Of a DNA stretch of 64,000 bases, positions 52,706 to 64,000 are shown piece after piece (within the stretch, counting starts at the first letter, position 1; each line of letters opens with the position of its first letter). Under the pieces are notes generated by a model. It saw nothing but the letters and a program-made list of their open reading frames with translations. It was not told the DNA's origin and did not search any database. Where the stretch lies: positions 11,222,001 through 11,286,000 of the forward strand of contig NC_092671.1 in the NCBI RefSeq assembly GCF_964355755.1. The letters run 5' to 3'. Source of the stretch: Antedon mediterranea (Eukaryota > Animalia > Echinodermata). The translations under genes and the position numbers were made by a program.

Positions 52706-54319
52706 ACGTATGAGTAACAGTGAATGACGGCATGTGTTTGGGTTTTTCATGTGTTTGTGTATCGGTTTTGTATATGAAGATGTCACACAGTACAGTATGT
52801 GCTTTGCATGTCATTTGAATGCATTTTGTTTTGCAAAAAAATACTGCCTATGGAATAAACACTACATAGGCCTAAGCTTAGTTACCAGTTGGAGGACGTA
52901 ACGAAGAAATTCGCCAAGCTGAGCAACACGCAGAGTGTATTCCCCTTAATATTTCTAACTCACAACAGGTATTAAGCGTTTCTTTGATTCTACGCTGAAA
53001 ACAACTGAAAATACAATTAAAGAATGAGCCAAATACGATTATTATTAACGTTACTAGCAACTAAGGGCCTGACATTTATAAATAATTTTAGAGTGATGTC
53101 AAAGTTCCAAACTTAATGTCTTTACTGAATTCAATTTACTATACGACCATAAAAATTTTTTTTAAATAATACATAAAATAAGTAATACGCAACAGACTTG
53201 ACAATGATATTATATACGAGTGAAAATTAGCACGAACTTTACACACATATGTTGCATGTTGTATCGTGTACGCTAATGCAATGCGATTATATATTTTCTT
53301 TAAAGGTTAAACATGTAAAAATGCAACGCGGATGACAGTGTTAAAAGAATTATGAACAAAAACACACAGCAGAAAAATAAATCTTGAGACAAGTTTGTTG
53401 GAAAAAGTTGACAATTATAATTCGCTGAAACGACATGAAAACCTCGTGTTTATGGAAAACAACTATATTAGTAGGCAGAACCATTAATTCGCTGAAAATA
53501 TCTTAGAAATGTGTATACTAGGACAAAAACACATTGGTAACCCTAAACGTGTGAGGTTTACATGCGCTGGATGGGCTATGGAACGCCAACAGGACCTTAA
53601 TGCTAATAACATCTCACATCATAAACTTAGAAGTGTTAATATTAGCCCATAACTAGGTCAATTATCACAGCTGGAAATGTTTGGGACGCTTGTTAGCACA
53701 TTATTACACAATGCATAAAACAAGTGTAATATTGGCACGACGCGAAGGGAGTTCATCGTTCCTCAATTAAGCGTGTTGATATATACAACAGTCCAATAAA
53801 AGATGAGACCTACATACGTATAATCACAACTATCTCATCATGATGATACATTTTAAACAAAAAATAACTGTTAATAATTGTTACTAATGGCAATTACTTA
53901 TGGTTTAGGTTTGTTATCGTAAGAAGTTAATTGCTCAATTATGATTTTACTTTGGTGAATAATAATATCTTCTGTATTGTATCTTTGTCTTAGTCTGAAA
54001 CTTTTATCAGCTAATTGAAATGTAATATTAGCCTTTCTAATACATAAACGATTTGTTTTATAAAGAAATATAATAAATAAGAATTACTTAATTAATTTTA
54101 AAACACTGTGCTTCGATATATTTCAGGAGGGATATGAAACAGAAAACCAGCAAAATATAGGCCTACAGCCGAAAGTATAAATCTATAAGCAAGATTGAAT
54201 ATTCGACATTAATTATTTCTTTATATGAATACATTTACAATAAATTCAGTTAAATTAGAATACTGTAGGTATCTTTGTTCTTGCCTGCATAATTACAGAA
54301 GGGACATGAATCATGAAGC

Positions 54320-54540
54320 TACTACGGTTTAATATCAAAGCAATGGACTAGAATATGTAATTGCGAATTATACAAAATCAAAAACCTTCTAAGATTGCGT
54401 GATCATTGGAGGGATCTTGCTGCTGAAACTTCGGTTTTTCACGACGCGCCATTCTAACTCGCAGCAGTGTCATGAAAAAAAGTCATTCTGTTTCTCCGGA
54501 TTCGTTTCTTACAAACACATCTATTATAGACACCTTATAG
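54320..54540 (+). pseudogene. Possible decayed death-domain-like coding fragment
   Basis: Reads WTRICNCEL...LRDHWRDLAAE and, after a frameshift, FGFSRRAI, resembling the death-domain W-x-x-L-A-x-x-L-G-F motif. Broken by stops; motif resemblance only. Confidence 0.25.
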
Positions 54541-55300
54541 GACTAATATTTATGAAAGAAAAACACAACGGTTATAAGAGTCCGAATCATTAACATACAA
54601 AACACATCACTGTGTTACGATTGAGTAGATTACTAATTGCTCTATGGCAACACCTCAAGATGTGTGCCTTGCTTTAAACATCTCAAGAGTAATTCATACA
54701 ACAATAATTTGGCTTAAAGTCTTTTCTGGTGCAGTGAAGGCACGTCAAAATGTCGACGACTTGAGCCATTGGTAGAACCTCTTCATTTTCACCAAAACGA
54801 TTGTGAGATAATTAAGGGAAAACGCATCCACTTAAGGAGCTGATATGATTTAGTATCACGCCCGTTCTGACGCATCAGTGCACTTACAGTAGCTCCATCG
54901 AAACGTTATGTAAGTTTTACCATTGCTAAAGAATACGACATATTATTCGTTTTTGTTCATTTATCAAACGGTTCTTTAATCATAAATATCTTACAATAAT
55001 CTTCAGAAATATCTTCTAATGGAATACACCAGTGAGTGGTACGTTATAGAATAGCTCGGTTAATATAAAAGTATTTTCAATAAATGATCTTTCAATTATT
55101 ATTTTTTTTCAAATCAGCAATTCTTATTATTTAAAGATACAATATAATAGTTACTATATGAAACAATGTAAAATAAAATGTATAAAAAAAGCAGGTCAAA
55201 AAATACTTTTTATCACTATATGCTGATTAACAACCCCTTTGTTTATGGGAAATGACTGTTTTATCTAAGTTCTATTTACTTATATTGTTCTTATGTAAAA

Positions 55301-55419
55301 GGGTCCTACAAAAAAACGAAGCTACAGCTTTTTTATGTAGGATCCTTGTTATCAGTTGTATTGCAATTATGATGTAATTGATGACTAAATAAATATGGAA
55401 TAAATGAAATGAATGAAAA
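55301..55419 (+). mobile_element. LINE-like 3' UTR remnant: stem-loop plus AATAAA(TGAAA/TGAA)n tail
   Basis: Stem GGGTCCTACA...TGTAGGATCC with inner AAGCT/AGCTT; tail AATAAATGAAATGAATGAAA. Confidence 0.45.
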
Positions 55420-56629
55420 TTTGTAGGAAAAAGAAGTTTTATATATTGCAATTGTTTTAATTAAAAAAATATTGCCTTGTCCTTTGGATAGAACAAAGAG
55501 CACTTGGTCTCATGAATATACATTGCATATGTGAACGATACAGAATTGGTATCATTATCCGAAAAACTATTGGAAAACAGCGCAGAGGTCATCCAATATA
55601 AAACAAGAAGAAACATCTTTAGAAATGCTACATGTATGCTTCTGAACAATTAAAAACAGTCACCTAGGCCTACGTTGGTTGGTTTCTGCAAATCTTCTTT
55701 TGCATCAATTTTAGGTAAAACCAAAATAGCCATAAACAATGTTATTACCAAGCAGCAAATGACGTATAAACTTATATAATAAATAGGCCAATTATGGACT
55801 AAACTAAGATGTCAAAACAAGCTTAGGACATATAATGAGGAGTTTAACATCTTCTACTCCATAAAGCACTAATCACTTGCTAAACTACCCATAAATCTCT
55901 GTCATCTCTGAAAGTAATAAAGCCTTTTGTTCTCAATAAATTGCAAATCAAAGAATTTCGCGGCCTTTAATATTCGCGATGGAATACGTGTTGCCCTAAT
56001 TTTAAAGTATTAATTTGCAAAGGGATTTCATTTCTATAATTAGTTTATATTTCTGTTTATTTAATGCCATGCTAATTGACCTGAATATGTCAACTGGATT
56101 TATATATTTGTCACTAACTTGCTAGTCTGATATTGTAATTAGCTTAATGGCTCTTCTTGGCTGCTTATTCTAAGATTATGAGTTCAGTTTTGGTTTATTT
56201 CAACAATCTTTGGATAAATAAGTGATATTTTAGGACTGTGTAACATGATTCAGCGTCTAAGAAGGTAACAATTCAACAAATTCATCTAACCTATTTACAG
56301 TAGTTTAGTGCTATAACGTATAGAAAAGTGAATTTTTTTTAAAAATATTCTGTTTTATGTCATCAGCTGCTGAGAGCTAAGTTTTGAATGAAGAGGTGTT
56401 GTAGTCCAGTATCAAATCATATGGACAAAGTTAATATGGATTGACTGTTGCCTTCGTTGGTTTCAGGAGAATGAAGATGTCCCAAAGTAGCGGAAGGGTG
56501 TTCTACTATAACTAATATGAATCAAGGTATAATCACCTTTTGTAGTATGCATGGGGCTTCTTTAAAGTTGTTTAAATAAACTTATTTGTCATCTACAAAA
56601 CACCATGACTGGTGGTATGTACTCTCTAA

Positions 56630-56769
56630 AGCTCTATCTACATTATCAAACTTTATGTGACAAAAAAATGTGATGTGCCCATATATGGACATGATGATGT
56701 CATATCACTACCATATTAGGGCACATCAAACTTTTTTTGTCAAACTAGTTTGATAGTGTAGACAGAGCT
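56630..56769 (+). mobile_element. MITE family A, intact 140-bp copy (PIF/Harbinger, Tourist-like)
   Basis: TAA|AGCTCTATCTACATTATCAAACT...AGTTTGATAGTGTAGACAGAGCT|TAA; 23-bp TIR with 2 mismatches; TAA TSD. Confidence 0.92.
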
Positions 56770-57228
56770 TAACGTGTACTCGAATTAAATTACTGCTACA
56801 AAACAATTTACATTTAACAATAATTTAAAAATATTTCCTAATTGTTTTCTATCTGTTAGTAAGCACATACCTATTTAGGCCTAATGCACTTTCGTACGTG
56901 AAGCCTGAATACCAAAATAAGCAGAAGACATCAAATTGTTTTGCTATTAAATGAGAATGCGTTGTACTCTTATAATTAAATTTATAGTCCTTGGCTGAAT
57001 TTCATGTAAACATGTAATAAACACAATAGATGACGTCATGTAAAGATAATGTAATGAATATACAATACACAATTGTACTTATATTACATTAAATTACAAA
57101 TTTGATATAGCGCTCTTAGAATAAAAGCATTATCAAAAGCGCCGTACATCGAAATTATGTTCCATAATATAAACTGGTTAGAAACGTTTTTAGTTTACGC
57201 TTTAGCTTAAAGCTATCAAAGTATTTAA

Positions 57229-57796
57229 AGCGAGTCAGGTACAGGCATGAATTTTAAACATAATATCTGGTTAATTGTACATAAATCAAATATTTGTAAT
57301 AGAAAACATTACGAAAAAAAATTGGACAAAATTCTGCTATGAAAACCAGGAAGACTTTTTTTCAGTAGTTAGGTAGTTTAGCCTAATGTAATAACATGTC
57401 TGGTAACTCCCTAGAAGGTAAAAAAAAGATGGTGGATATACAGTGGATAATTTTTGCTATAGCATAAAAATAAAACTCTGAAGTTGCATAGAAATACCAG
57501 AAACGTAAAATTCAAGCTATATTACCTATATTTATTCATCTGATAAGATTTTTTACCATGCCGTTTATTTTTTATAGCTTTTTAAAAATGCCTCTCTATT
57601 TACAACATTTTTGTAGAAAAGAATAGAGATTTTACTGTGTAATTTGAACTATCCCCCACTGATAAGAAAGTGCTTATTTTCAACAAGCTCGTGTAACACA
57701 AATAAAATCCCAAAAATGATGAAACATAGGACAAACTATAGATCGATAATTATTGGAATGTATGATCAATAGACATTTTTTGCCCGCACCTGGCCT
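57229..57796. mobile_element. Non-autonomous Kolobok-type DNA transposon
   Basis: TTAA|AG(CGA)GTCAGGTACAGGCA...TGCCCGCACCTGGCCT|TTAA; AG..CT termini; imperfect TIR. Confidence 0.55.
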
Positions 57797-58967
57797 TTAA
57801 GTGATGTCATAGAGAGTTACGGTATCCTTTCTCGGCTTAGTATAGTAAAGTATAAATAAATAATTGAACGTTGTTTTGGAGGGATTTTGTTGGGGTTGGG
57901 CGGATTTTTTTGAGGTGGGGCGAATTTGAGGGGATGGGCACATTATTACACACTTTTCACACATAAAAGAGTGTCATATCCGGGCTATAGGCTGGTATGC
58001 AAAATATAATGAATACGTATTGACAAAACAATCATCATAATAAAAAAAACTTCACTTACTCAAGTTCATTTTCTTTATCTGTCGAAACACCGGTGCTGGA
58101 CGAATGCAAAATTGATGGATGCTGATTTACTTTTAAGGTGTTTACGTCTGAGAAGAGAACAAAATAATTGTTTTAATCGTTTAATCATTCACAAAATAAT
58201 ACAGACTTCATCCAAAAAAGTACACCCATGAGGAGAAATCAATATTAAGTATATTAGGCAGTAATAAATCAGCTAAGCACTTGCTTAAAGACATTGATGT
58301 AATCTTTAGGTTTGTGATATTAATTAATATTAATGCTACAAAGAAATGTGCTGATAGTGAATTATTACTATAATCTCAATAGTTGACAAGATCTGAAACA
58401 TTAGAAAATCAATGAAATATCATCTAACATTTGATTTCAGAGACTTAAGCTGTATTCTATTCCACTGTATCGTAGGTAGATAGCAACTCTCAATGACGAT
58501 CAATAAAAGATCAAAGCAGCGGGAAAAGTACAATAACATCACGTGTAATCTCAATAAATATTGTCTTTGATGATCATTATTTATTGTATCTTAAACAATT
58601 TCACATATCGCTATCCCTGCTAACCGTACAACAAGATTGCGTCTTATCTGTGTTTCTTTTCGTTATGTATGATATCGAAATAAATCAAATAGCCAATTTC
58701 CGTAACTCATCATATCACATGTGATGCGTGTATGACAGGCATAACCGTACGTGATACACATGCGCGACATGTGGTGTGTGATACACATGTGTTTCTGTAT
58801 TATGGAATTTTCCACGATACCCACAGAAATATTTTCGTACGTGAAGACAACTTTAAGAAAATCAGAAATCCATATCACCGAAGCTTACTATAGCGTTGGC
58901 GAACACAAAAATATATCATATAACAATTTTATTTTTTAAATCATCAATTATAATTAATGCAACAACT

Positions 58968-59091
58968 TAGGACCCAACAAAAAGTACACTTAATATACTG
59001 TCCTCTTAATAGACAGTAGTTTAGTGTTAAAACATACTTTTCTTTCTTTACGATTCTTTAATTGGGGTTTAAAAGGAGGGGTTCCGCTGTA
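58968..59091. mobile_element. pogo/Tigger-like MITE right-end fragment
   Basis: TGTCCTCTTAATAG...GGAGGGGTTCCGCTG|TA terminus. Confidence 0.4.
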
Positions 59092-59851
59092 CGTAAATAA
59101 GTATAGTAAGAAAGTATTTAAGTTATTTAATTCTAAGCGATAGAAATGCAGTATGTTCGAACGAAACAATGTCGCGGATAAAAGGTGATTTAAAAGTTTC
59201 GCGCTGTCTGTTCGAAATTGTACTATACACGATTTTAAAATCAATAATTATAGATATAAAAGAATTCCCCACTGTCCTTTCCAAACAGCATTAGAAGAAG
59301 AGTACTTTAAACAAAGTAACATGCCCTATATTTTTCATCTCGCCTATCGGTAAAAATTCAATTTTTAGAAAAAATGAATTACGACCGTTAATTGCCATTG
59401 CTAGTATTTTACTTGTTTAATATAGGTTGAATAGATCATCTAACCGAATTTAAATTTTTCTCAAAATTGATTTGAAATCCATTCTATAAATCATCGACAT
59501 AGCCTAACTCAACTACATTTCAATGTAGTCATCGTGTTTAATTGGTTGCCATGGTAATATGTTTTTAACTAGGTTGATAGATAGATTCTGTTATTTTTAA
59601 ACATGTTTTATTTTGACAATTAAATCAATGAACACATTACGATCATGTTTATCATGGTAATCATCCTCATCATTATATAAATATCATCACCGACAAATGA
59701 CGTCACCATCGTCGATGTCATTACCTGAAGAACCGTTGTTATGGCGGTTAGAACCAACAAAATTGAAGAATGTAATTATATATTTATATTTATGTTCAAC
59801 ACAATAAACTAAAGACATGAGCGCTTAATTACCTACTACACTATGCACTAC

Positions 59852-60264
59852 ATACAGGTAGTACTTACTGTAATCACTACACAAAATGTCGGAAAAGACG
59901 CACTGGGCGTGTCATAGAAATCACCGGCGGCTCAACTTGTCGGTGGCACAACTTGTCGGTGGCACAACTTGTCGGCGGCACAACTTGTCGGCGGCCCAAC
60001 TGGTCATATGCCGACCAACCTACGTCAGGTCAATGACGTAGTTTGGTCGTCGGCGGTGGTCGCGAGCTCCCTAACAACATCATTGTCTATCATATTATCT
60101 TAATCTTAGCATCATCCGGGGTTTTACAATATTACCATTAGCGCAATACAGGTAGTACTTAATGTAATACAAAAAAATGTCGCAAAAGACGCACTGGGCG
60201 TGTCATAAAAATTACCGCCGGCTGAACTTGTCGGCGGCACAATTTGTCGGCGTCCAAACTTGTC
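59852..60264. repeat. Direct duplication (period about 294 bp) containing 16-bp CAACTTGTCGGYGGCA arrays
   Basis: ATACAGGTAGTACTTA...AAAAGACGCACTGGGCGTGTCATA at 59852 and 60146, each followed by 16-bp units. Confidence 0.9.
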
Positions 60265-62554
60265 AACAGTAGAATTTATTTTTGTATTTCAAATTGTTGA
60301 TTTTTCCTGGTAATTTTAAATTTAAAGTTAACATTGACAGGCACGCTGTTCTTTGTAAAGCGCGATATAAATATTCGGTACTATTATTTTATTATTATTA
60401 ATTTCCGACATCATAATCCCACTTAAAACTATAAGCGATGGTTTATTATTATAGACCAAAGATTGTTAGTGTAGTCATTTATTATCTTAAAATTAATAAA
60501 GCCAATCTAAGAAATAAAGTCATTATTAGCAATATATGATAAAGCATTGCCGTCACTTTATTGATATCGTTATTAATATAGCCTACTTAAGATAATTTAA
60601 TTTCATTTATCAAAATATTGCATGCAAATTTACTCATTTGTTCTTTCAAATACGAGACGCATTAATGACTGCAGAAACGCAAATATATTGCATCTTGCTA
60701 ATTCTTGAACAAATATTTACATTAGGAAGAATAATTGTTAATAAATGTTTGGTAGATCAATATATAGATTTATAAGCTTGTGTGCATTGACCTGTTAAAA
60801 CGGACAAAGTATAAATGCTTTTTGTGGGATTGTTTAAGCTAGGAAACGTGGCAATAAACACTAGAAATAGTGACAACTCACGCGTGCGTTCCGTCACGCG
60901 GTGTCAATTTTATTAGCCGTGTATCCTGATTTTAAAGCTGCCCCGTTTACGATGATCACGGATTACGGTCAGTTTGCCGGATACAGAGTAGTGTATTAGA
61001 TTGTAATTTCACTCTTCCCTGGTGTGAACGTAGTAATCCCTCGGCCACAGATGCACGATTTCTATACAACAAGACAACGTCAACAAGAAGCAACAGTAAC
61101 TGATAAATTATAATTTTTTTATTAATAAAGAAATTACTATGTTGTACTTTAGTTTTTTGTCAGACGCGGCAGTTGACTACGCAGCTGCTGTCAAGAAAAA
61201 AAATCATTTTATAGCACGCGCAGAATCACTTCTTTACTCGACTCGATCCTAAATATCAAACTTTACCTATACTGTCATCTTATTTAGTTTAACTAATTTG
61301 CAGCAATTGTGTAGAAAGGCCTAAATAATGTTCATTAATTATGTCTATAGTTTCACGCGACTTGCGAACAAAAGTCCATTCTAAAGAAGTACGTAGGCAG
61401 AAATTAACAATATCTCTGAAAGAAAAATTCCTGTTTCTTTCTTTATAGTCATCAAACAGTTGTACAATCAGCTTCACAAATAAATCATTATAAAAATAGG
61501 TAAAATAGTAAAGAATTACAAAGTCATCGATGTAATTTGTTATAACGTGTTTTTTTTACGCTTTACTGTTTAAAATAATGTTTATTCAATTGTTGAGACG
61601 CACGACGACTACAAAAGTGTGTTTAGATAGTATATAAGCTAATTAAGGTTCAACCAGAATCAATATTAGATACGTGCGCATCTTTTACCATTATTGTAAT
61701 TATGTTATTGTGTCGCAAACATGAATGTTATTTGAACATATTATTGATGTTGTGTAACGGAGCTTTTGACAATGCAGATCGAGAAAATGTTACATTGGTT
61801 AAATTTCAGGCAATTTAAAATTGATTAAGCCTAATATACATTCATGATGAACGTGTTTTTTGCCAAAAGATGATTTATTGTTCAAAATAATATTGATTAT
61901 GTTGCTCTGGAATGAATGTTGCCCAAACTAACCTTGAATAGAAGAAACACGCATTTTTTACAACTCACTATCACCATCACTATTATTAATGCATAATAGA
62001 TTTATAATAAAAAATCAAACGCTCACTTAATGTATTCGTTTATAGCGAGAGCAACAGTGATGGACACCATTTGTTGACAGTTGTCGGGCTAGAATGTACC
62101 GATTTACAGTTATATAAAACATGTTATTTTTATTATAGCTTTTACTATGTTTTTAAACATGAGACATAATTTGAATTTAGGTTTTATTGTATCGAAAAGG
62201 AAACTAAATCGCTTGCTTATAAATGAAGTGATTTATAGGCCTAGAGTATTATCGGGAAACAGCAAGACCACTGAGTTTGAGTTTGGTACGTTTTTAATCG
62301 GTGTAGTAGTCAATGAAGATTGCATTTTTATTATAGTGTTACTACTAATGATATTAATGTCGGTAATATCAATGTACGGTAAATAATGATATAAATTATG
62401 AAGAGAGCATTCGATCATTGTGAAACTTTTTAGAGTGAATAGTGGTTTTTACAGAGTTAAACGTCTATATAGAACTAATGATATAAAATGTCGCAGATCT
62501 ACGTACAGCAAACATTTTGGGTTTCCTCTGAAGTGTCTATAAAGCAGCTAATAA

Positions 62555-62752
62555 AGCGTGATTCCCGCTAGAACGCAACGCGGTGACGTATTGACGCAAA
62601 GTGCTGTATTGCGTAATCATGGGAACCGACGACGCAACAACAGTGCTGCAAAAAAGGTTTGATTTCACGCAGACGGGGGAAAACACAATTATTGTAAGGG
62701 CATTTTCGTTGCGTCGGTTGCGTTACGTTGCGTCGCTAGTGGAAACCAAGCT
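62555..62752 (-). mobile_element. MITE family B, full-length, perfect TAA TSD
   Basis: TAA|AGCGTGATTCCCGCTAG...CTAGTGGAAACCAAGCT|TAA. Confidence 0.9.
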
Positions 62753-64000
62753 TAACAAACAAGAAATATTAAATTCACTCGAAATCTATTTTTAAATTCA
62801 CAAGGCGAGGATTACAATCGAAAATATCATTAAATAAACGCCTACACGATTCCAATGGTACGCATTTACAAAGGTTCTTTGATTTCTTTATCAACAGTAA
62901 CTGATGTTATTGATTTATTTGATACCTACAGTATCTTTTTTTTTAATTTTTAAATTTCAATAATTGTTATTATTATTTCAATACAATGCTCAATTGTTAC
63001 AATAGAATGTACTACTCGGTGATAATCATCTTTTCGGAACTAGACCGTCTCCAATATTAATATAACGAATTGACTAGACACTGTTTAATCAATAATTGTA
63101 ATTTATCATTAGTTTAATGTTCATTTTGATTGTAAGAACTGTATGTTTGTTATGTAATACATATTGTGGTAAAGCGGTTATTCTTTTATTATTATTTTTA
63201 TATTGCTTATTATGTTATCAAATCAAGAGAAAAAAAAAGATAAATTAAAATAATTTTACACGTGTATGATATCTTATGGATAATTTACAAAATTAATTTG
63301 TCCGTGTTTATTAGTTATATTGCTGCAAGTTTGTGTACATTTTTTCTCATTTTCTAAAGTCTTCTTCAAAGATTTGATATGAAATTGTATGATAAATAGG
63401 CCTACAGTATATTGATATTTGAATTTAATTATATTTTAATAGATGCCTACTGGGAAAGGGGACAGATAATTGCATTTATCATGCCAACTTAGCCTGTGGC
63501 CTTTTGTGTTTTGTTATTTTTTTTTGGCAATAAAGAATAATAATAAATTATGATTTCTATACTTTGGTTGCTTATCATATTTTTTTTGCATTTATAGTTT
63601 TGCATGCCAAGTTCCCAATTTTAGATATAAATTCTCAGATTACTGGAGATTGCCAATAAAAAGTTCGTGACTTCTTCAAAAACGGTGTTATTAAAATTGT
63701 TTCGTAAGAAATGTCAGATTTCTACGATTTTATGTGTACATCCTCTATTAAGACTATCCAGTAATAGTGCTAATATTTACAGACCACTAAGACATATCAC
63801 TTTCATCCTCACTTTGCCATCTATACTTCTTGTTTATTTCAAACTCACAGCACTTATAAATACTCGCAATCTCAAACACGGTAAATCCGTTCACAGTGGT
63901 TACGCACGGAAAAAATCAATAAAATTAAGTTTAGATGCACTTGTGGAAATCTGCAATTCAATTAACGGTCATAATTGACGCAAAGTTCAAGCAGTTTAAA

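Noticed and set aside
53548-53600. Chromodomain-like peptide EVYMRWMGYG
   Set aside because: Only about 10 residues followed by a stop; no integrase or other context.
568-63978. Remaining 60-130 aa ORFs in the track
   Set aside because: Lengths and compositions are as expected by chance in AT-rich DNA, many use non-ATG starts or overlap MITEs, and none shows a recognisable domain apart from the CR1 fragment. Small spliced exons cannot be excluded without transcript data.

Overview
AT-rich (roughly 30-33% GC by eye) eukaryotic DNA. The TE content and receptor type suggest a marine invertebrate, possibly an echinoderm (inference). Only one convincing protein-coding gene is present: a class A GPCR with an intronless CDS (38361-39497, +) that lacks the canonical TM3 cysteine. 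The rest is non-coding and contains three tandem-repeat arrays, several MITE families (PIF/Harbinger-type, hAT-type, Kolobok-type, TA-flanked), SINEs and LINE 3' remnants. There are no prokaryotic operons, rRNA genes or CRISPR arrays. The most striking signal is a dense record of probable DNA-transposon excision scars. (i) In a local duplication (52435-52705), one copy carries TA->TATA, TA->TACTGTA and TA->TAGGCCTA relative to the other, which offers an origin for the strongly over-represented TAGGCCTA octamer (25 exact copies counted by eye). (ii) Tiny CATGG-terminated palindromes have 7-bp flanking duplications; one has perfect 17-bp arms resembling the P-element end, as expected for P-superfamily excision footprints. 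All coordinates and counts were read manually.
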